This document shows, one piece after another, positions 57,191 through 64,000 of a DNA stretch of 64,000 nucleotides. The position numbers and the translations under genes were made by a program. Position 1 is the stretch's first letter. Every line of letters starts with the position of its first letter. The stretch is from positions 3,968,001 through 4,032,000 of the forward strand of contig CATNEN010000008.1 in assembly GCA_950097015.1 (NCBI GenBank), written 5' to 3'. The notes beneath the pieces are model-generated. The model was not told the DNA's origin. It made no database searches and saw only the letters and a program-made list of their open reading frames with translations. This DNA comes from Macrostomum hystrix. Its lineage: Eukaryota; Animalia; Platyhelminthes.

Positions 57191-60100
57191 GCAGCCGCAA
57201 TCGTCGATAAAAACAACAGCGGCAGTAGCCTGAAGCTGCGACTTGAACGTCTACTCAAAGCGACTGAGCTGGCGCCAAAGCTGACCGCGAACAATCATGA
57301 AGAAGAGGCCAGTCTATTTAGAAAGTATTATGAAAATATGACAGGCGATTCGACAGTGTTTAGTAAGGCTTCTTTGTGCAAGCTTCAACCATCCAGATTT
57401 AGATTCGGCGCCGAAGTCAAACAGCGCGGCAGCTCTGTGAGTGATTCGACCGCTGCATCGGCGGAGACTCAACTGCTGAAAGAAGCTCGAGCTGCGTTAT
57501 TGCAGCGCAAATCTCGGCAGCTGCTGAACAGCTCGGAGATGCAGGTTAGAAACCTACTTATTTATTCCTCATTCAGAGTAGGAAAGGAGACGTGGTAAAA
57601 TCACGACACACCCCACTTTTCTGCCACCGACACCACACAAACCCTTATTTCTCTGCCACCGACACCCACCCCATTTCTCTGCCACAGACACCAAACCCAC
57701 TTCTCTGCCACCGACACCAACCCCATTTATCTGCCACCGACACGACACCCACCCCATTTCTCTGCCACCGACACCACACCCACCCCATTTCTCTGCCAAC
57801 GACACGACACCCACCCCATTTCGCTGCCACCGACACGATACCAACCCCATTTCTCTGCCACCGACACGATACCAACCCCATTTCGCTGCCACCGACACGA
57901 TACCAACCCCATTTCTCTGCCACCGACACGATACCAACCCCATTTCTCTGCCACCGACACGACGCCAACCTCATTTATCTGCCACCGACACGACACCCAC
58001 CCCATTTCTCCGCCACCGACACCAATCCCGACACGACACGACACCACCCCACTTCCTTGCCACCGTCATCCACCCAATTTGCTTTGGACAAAGGCTTTGG
58101 CCAGATTTTTAGAAACCTGTATGTCGATCACAATTTTTTCTACAGTACACCAACTCTAAACCGCAGGCAATCTGGCACCTCTTGGTGGCTCATCGAACTC
58201 CGCCCGACAATCCAGACGGCGAGCGCCTAATTGACTACGAGGGCTATCAGAAGGTGCGCCAATTGGCCAGTCCGAAGTGCGTTCACCTGCTCTCGCCGAG
58301 ACTATTCTTCAAGCTGCTTCAGGCTGGCGATAGGCCGGATCCGCTGGGTCGCGTTGGCACCGACTCTTTGTACACTTACATTCTGAAGAAGAACTGGCTG
58401 GCCCAGACTCGCATTTACATGTCTCTGTACGACTTCTCAGGCCATGGCTATCTGCGCCGATCTGATTTGGAGAATTACATCACCGACCTGATGCCAACCC
58501 TGCCCCAGCTCAGCCAGTTAGACAAATTGTTTCACGGCTACTATGTGTGCAATGTTGTGCAAAAGATTCTATTCTTTCTTGATCCGCATCGTATTGACCG
58601 AGTGAAAATATGCCACATTTTGACCAGCTCACTGTTAGACGACCTGACGGAGCTGCAGGACAATTCAATGCCCCCTTCTAGAAGCAACTGGTTCAGCGCT
58701 GCTAAGACCCAGTCAGTCTATGGCATGTTTCTCGATCTGGACAAGGACGCCAACGGATTGTTGAGCAAATCTGAGTTTGCAGCCTACGGCGCTGGATCGC
58801 TTACACAGGCCTTTCTTGATCGCCTGTTTCAATCAAGCGTCACCTACGACGGCGAGATGGACTACAAAGCCTTCCTGGACTTTCTCCTGGCCGTGGAGAA
58901 TCGGACTTCTCCGCAGTCGCTGGCTTATTTCTTTCGCATTCTAGATATCGATGACTGCGGGGCCATCACGGCCTGGACCGTCAACTATTTCTATCGCGGC
59001 CTGGAGCACCGACTGCGGCAGCTAGGCGTAGCTGCGCCAACGCTGCGCGACTTCCAGGATGAGATCTTCGACTTGGCTAGGCCTGCTGATCCGTTCAGGT
59101 GCATGAGATTGGTGTCAGTTGTGACTGAGCAGTGTCAGTTGTGACTGAGCAGTGTCAGTTGTGACTGAGCAGTGTCAGATGTGACTGAGCAGTGTCAGTT
59201 GTGACTGAGCAGTGTCAGTTGTGACTGAGCAGTGTCAGATGTGACTGAGCAGTGTGAGTTGTGACTGAGCAGTGTCAGTTGTGACTGAGCAGTGTCAGTT
59301 GTGACTGAGCAGTGTCAGTTGTGACTGAGTAGTGTCAGTTGTGACTGAGTAGTGTCAGTTGTGACAGAGCAGTGTCAGTTGTGACTGAGCAGTGTCAGTT
59401 GTGACAGAAGTGTCAGTTGTGACAGAAGTGTCAGTTGTGACTGAGTAGTGTCAGTTGTGACTGAGTAGTGTCAGTTGTGACTGAGCAGTGTCAGTTGTGA
59501 CTGAGCAGTGTCAGTTGTGACTGAGCAGTGTCAGTTGTGACTGAGTAGTGTCAGTTGTGACTGAGCAGTGTCAGTTGTGACTGAGCAGTGTCAGTTGTGA
59601 CTGAGCAGTGTCAGATGTGACTGAGCAGTGTCAGTTGTGACTGAGCAGTGTCAGTTGTGACTGAGCAGTGTCAGATGTGACTGAGCAGTGTGAGTTGTGA
59701 CTGAGCAGTGTCAGTTGTGACTGAGCAGTGTCAGTTGTGACTGAGCAGTGTCAGTTGTGACTGAGTAGTGTCAGTTGTGACTGAGTAGTGTCAGTTGTGA
59801 CAGAGCAGTGTCAGTTGTGACTGAGCAGTGTCAGTTGTGACAGAAGTGTCAGTTGTGACAGAAGTGTCAGTTGTGACTGAGTAGTGTCAGTTGTGACTGA
59901 GTAGTGTCAGTTGTGACTGAGTAGTGTCAGTTGTGACAGAAGTGTCAGTTGTGACAGAAGTGTCAGTTGTGACAGAAGTGTCAGTTGTGACTGAGTAGTG
60001 TCAGTTGTGACTGAGTAGTGTCAGTTGTGACTGAGCAGTGTCAGTTGTGACTGAGCAGTGTCAGTTGTGATAGATGTGTCAGTTGTGATAGATGTGTCAG

Positions 60101-60445
60101 TTGTGATAGATGTGTCAGTTGTGATAGATGTGTCAGTTGTGATAGATGTGTCAGTTCTGATAGATGTGTCAGTTGTGACTGAGCTGGCATGAGATTGGTG
60201 TCAGATTTGGCTGAGCTGGCATGAGTTCAGAAATAATTTTGTGTCACAAACATTTTAGAATTAAGCTAAGCGATCTGATTGGTTGCGGTCGCGGTGACGT
60301 CATAGTCAGCATTCTAATCGATGCCGGGAGCTTCTGGAAATTCGAGAATCAACCCGCCTGCTTGTCTGAAGAGGAAGAAGGGGCCCCATTAATGGATGGT
60401 GAAGAGGATGTAGATCAGGAAGCTGAGGTGGAGTTTCTGATTTGA
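57191..60445 (+). CDS. PPP2R3C: PP2A regulatory subunit B'' gamma (G5PR); start codon not resolved
   Basis: Exons 57191-57544, 58167-59098, 60259-60445 (TGA). Motifs EEEASLFRKYY, RAALLQRKSRQLL, WLAQTRIYMSLYDFSGHGYLRRSDLENYITDLMPTLPQL, NWFSA, LDLDKDANGLLSK, VTYDGEMDYKAFLDFLLAVENR and DEIFDLARP. Confidence 0.95.
57600..58065. repeat. About 30-bp C-rich minisatellite in PPP2R3C intron 1
   Basis: CCCCATTTCTCTGCCACCGACAC-containing units. Confidence 0.9.
59112..60185. repeat. 20-bp minisatellite (GTCAGTTGTGACTGAGCAGT), about 1.07 kb, in PPP2R3C intron 2
   Basis: Direct reading; contains a 436-bp higher-order duplication. Confidence 0.98.
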
Positions 60446-60789
60446 CATTGAAGAATCGGCGTACTGTGGTATAACATTATCTTTTTGTGCAAGATCAAAA
60501 GGCATTGCTCTCTGCAACCTTTAAAAGTGCATTTCCACTTTGTTTTTTCAAGCTACCTAAATAAGTAATTTTTCAATGGTATTAGATTATTTTATTAACT
60601 ACAATTTTAAATATTACCCGTGTTATGTAGGTGTTTATTGTTTACTATCTGAAGAGGAAATGAACAGGAAAAAGAATAGTAATATCAATTTTAATTGCAG
60701 TTGCATTTTTTGTTGTCTTTGGCTTTTTAAAAGGTTAAAAAAGCTATTATCATGTTTACTATTATATTTTTGCTTTGATTGCTGAATAA

Positions 60790-61866
60790 TACGAGTACAT
60801 AGGTGTCACAGATTCGCTGAAAACTGCAGATATCAAAGAAACAAAACAAAGAACAGCTAATTGTCAACATTGCACTTCTTAACATAGTCACCCCCAAGCT
60901 GCACACATTTGTGCCATCTCTCTGGCAGCTTGCTGATGCCCTGGGCGAAGAATTCGGTGGGGGTCCCTCGTACCCACTGGCTGATGGCCGAGCTGAGTGC
61001 AGAAAGGCTTCCATAGCGATGGCTTCAGTTCTGCCTTCAGGTAGCCACTCGATCAGCAAGATGCCTTCTCTGTCCCAGAACACGGTGGCCATGCGCTTAC
61101 CTGCTGACTGCACCGCCTTGGCCTTGACCGGTGGGGGTTCGTGAGTAGCCTTCCAGACGCTGCTCTGCCGTTTCGTTTCTGGTTCGTAGAAGTGAAACCA
61201 CGTTTCATCACCAGTCACCAGGCGGCCAAGAAAGTCGGGCTCGTTTTGATAGGCGTTGAGTAGGTGGCGGCACATCTGGACCCTCTCTTGCAGTTGGACA
61301 GGAGTCAGCAGTTTAGGGACCCATCGTGCAACAACTCGTGTCATATGCAGATGGTCGGAGATGATGCGATGAATGCTCTTCATTGGTATCTCCAACAAGT
61401 CCTCTAACTGCCTCAGGGTTGCTCCACGATCATCGTCCAGGGCATGCTGCACACGCTGGATGTTGTCACTGGAAGTGGATGACCGCGGTGCACCTGGGCG
61501 TGGAGCATCATCAACTGTTTCCCAGCCGTCCTTAAAGCGCTGCACCCACTTTGACACAGTTTGTTTCGAAGGTGCATCCTCGCTAAAGATTTGCAGCAGC
61601 TCGCGGTAAATATCAGCCTGCTTCTTCTGCTGCTTCCACAACGACCAAATGACAGTGCGCTTGGTAGCTTCACTATTCTCCATACTGGCTAAAAGGGTGG
61701 TTTGAGTCCCACTCGATTTCTGCCGTGTCTCAAAAGCCGGAGGGAAGATTTTCCATAGACAATAAGATCGATGGTGCCTTAGTCTGTATAAAAAAATCTG
61801 CCCTAAAGTACAAAAGAAACAGACGCTATGTAAGTTTGTCAGCGAATTTGCGATTCTTGCAGTAGG
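60790..61866 (-). mobile_element. Internally deleted mariner DNA transposon
   Basis: TA + CGAG terminus at 60790 and a degenerate inverted copy at about 61836-61866 (TCAGCGAAT(C/T)TG(T/C)GA). Contains the transposase remnant. Confidence 0.8.
60857..61683 (-). pseudogene. Mariner transposase with the catalytic core deleted
   Basis: Uninterrupted ATG through the HTH domains, WVPKLL, TGDETWFHFYEPE and ATVFWDREGIL to EGRT. At about 61027 it jumps, out of frame, to the C-terminus HRYGS...EFFAQGISKLPERWHKCVQLGGDYV. The second and third catalytic Asp motifs are missing. Confidence 0.88.
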
Positions 61867-61929
61867 AGACGGGACGTCAAATCAAATGGAGTTATTGATC
61901 TAGAATCTTTAATCAAGGAACACAAAAGC

Positions 61930-62300
61930 GGGGGTTGATTGGCAGAGCGGTTAACGCATTTGCCTCTCGCACCAAGGTCCCTGAGCTCGATTCCGCGGTG
62001 AGACCACATTGGTTCGGGGCGCAGCCGCGGAGAGAAGGCTTGGGGGCTTGTCATGAAACTTACGCCCTTAAGAGCCAACCTCCAAGGCGAGTGAGAGTGT
62101 ACACTGCCTGACGATGAGTAAGTCAGGACAGATGTACACACCTGTGTGAGCGCGTGCCTGCGTACGGTATCTGTGTGCGTGTGTGCTCAGGAGTCAGCGA
62201 AACGGGGCAGAATTGCCTTCTCGCTAGCTGAGGATCCAATAGTAGTGTCACCAAATGATGTGCCATTGCCCGCAGCCCTCGAAATTAACAATTAGCAATT
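61930..62300 (+). mobile_element. SINE family A, copy 6
   Basis: Colinear with copy 5 over about 360 bp; no clear TSD. Confidence 0.9.
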
Positions 62301-62332
62301 AACCTGCAATAACGTTCACCAGCAAGCCAATA

Positions 62333-63035
62333 TTTTCTAAACTGAAGTTGCTAGAAAGGCCTGTTTAATAGGCGATTTAGTTGGCGTTGGATTGACACTT
62401 AAGCAACAGGTGCCGGGTGTCCTCAGTGGCGTCAGGCTCGAGCCAATTGGAGCCGAGTATCAGCGAGTGGCCGTTGCGGAGCCGGGCAAGCAGGACTGCT
62501 CTGCTGCTTGTCGGCGCGGCTGCTGACGTTGTTCTGGCGTGGGCCTGTTCTAGCGCCGCGTTGGGTGGCGCTGTGTCGGCGCACGCCTCATAGTCCCTGC
62601 TCTCAGTGGCTCTCAGAGGTCTCAGGTAGCTAAATCTACGTAGATAAACTCAATTTAGTGGGTTTTAAAATTTAAATGTTGCTTAATTTCGAATTTTTTC
62701 TAAACTGAAGTTGCTAGAAAGGCCTGTTTAATAGGCGATTTAGTTGGCGTTGGATTGACACTTGAGCAACAGGTGCCGGGTGTCCTCAGTGGCGTCAGGC
62801 TCGAGCCAATTGGAGCCGAGTATCAGCGAGTGGCCGTTGCGGAGCCGGGCAAGCAGGACTGCTGCTTGTCGGCGCGGCTGCTGACGTTGTTCTGTCGTGG
62901 GCCTGTGCTAGCGCCGCGTTGGGTGGCGCTGTGTCGGCGCACGCCTCATTGGCTCTCAGAGGTCTCAGGTAGCTAAATCTACGCAGATAAACTCAATTTA
63001 GTGGGTTATAAAATTTAAATGTTGCTTAATATCGA
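62333..63035. repeat. Tandem duplication (period 363 bp) carrying a decayed LINE 3' fragment on the minus strand
   Basis: Units start at 62333 and 62696. The minus strand reads AVLLARLRNGHSLILG...EDTRHLLLKC, like the LxRLRTGH...ETxxHxLxxC motif of RNase H-bearing LINE clades. Confidence 0.8.
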
Positions 63036-64000
63036 AAATTCTTTAAATTTAAAGTGCAGCTTTTGATTGGTTAAGCTAAGCTGAGATTTAATACTGACTG
63101 GAACTACCATTATCAGCTTGATAAATATCGAAAACTTCCTTAACGGTTGCAACAATTTCAATGTCATGATCAAACAACCGAGTATTAGAATCCGTGCTAA
63201 ACCTGTCAGCTAATGCGTTGACGGAATTGCCATCACCTTTGTGCAATTTAAAGTCGCTTGTAGAGCTAAATATAGCAACCAATCAGATTTCGGCACTGCC
63301 TAGCGAGATTTCTGGCCTGACCAAGTGAGTGTCTGACAACAAATGAGGATCCAGGAAAAGGATAGGGTGGAGAGTGGGGTGGCTTTTGGAGTGGGGTAGT
63401 TGCAAATGTACGTTTTAACAGTAGAAAGATCACGCTATTCTCCCCTGAGGAAAGACAACGGAGTGTTTCAAATACCTCATGATACCTATTGCCTACTTCA
63501 TGATAGCTCCCAAACTAAATGACCGATTTTCGTGAAAGTCCACCATCTGAATCAAAATTTTCCGCCCTTAACGTTGGGCTAACTTTCAAAGCCGTACGAG
63601 CCAGCATCATCGAGATATTCAGCGATTCGTGTCGAAGACGCTGGTGACAAGGACAACTAACATTGATTTGTATAAACCTCTTTGGCACCCACTTTTACCA
63701 CCCGACACCACCACAAGAATCGTTGAATATCTGGACGATGCCGATGTTTTGGTTGATTAGTTGAATGTTTTGGAAGATACAGAAAAAATTTAATGTGTCT
63801 TTCTAATACCCATTTGGTCTTTCTACTGTTAAGGCTTTCTGTCTACACTTAACTTTGCCACTCGAATCTATACGAGCGTATATTCTATCATCGTTTGTGT
63901 TGCCTCGCACTTCCTAAAGCTTGCGCCAAACAAAGTCACGGTACAACACTTAGCTAAATCTTATTTTAGGATTTAAATTTGCCATAGACATGCGGATGCT

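Noticed and set aside
63088-63282. Possible terminal exon on the minus strand (SSTSDFKLHKGDG...)
   Set aside because: No recognisable homology, AT-rich composition and no linked upstream exon within the window.

Overview
Intron-rich animal genomic DNA; no prokaryotic, rRNA, CRISPR or intact tRNA features are supported. GC-rich exons sit between AT-rich spacers, and many long introns carry their own minisatellite, mostly with 20-25 bp units. This style suggests a free-living flatworm such as Macrostomum (inference, not proven). Eight host genes were reconstructed by hand from GT-AG junctions and protein motifs. They are the 3' part of SMC4 (+), SERP1/RAMP4 (-), a divergent calmodulin-like gene (+), a 22-exon LOXHD1-like gene with 17 PLAT repeats and one apparent 1-nt frameshift (-), a secreted WSC+PAN-like gene with an in-frame TGA (-), and a tight same-strand trio POLR3C, CHCHD1/mS37, PPP2R3C (+). 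Mobile DNA includes six copies of a structured tRNA-headed SINE (four with TSDs), two MITEs, an internally deleted Gypsy element, an internally deleted mariner, and BEL and LINE remnants. The best lead is that the trio looks like an operon resolved by spliced-leader trans-splicing. In it, PPP2R3C opens in frame directly at a strong splice acceptor and may borrow its start codon from the AUG that ends flatworm spliced leaders. Protein identifications rest on remembered family motifs; no database search was run.
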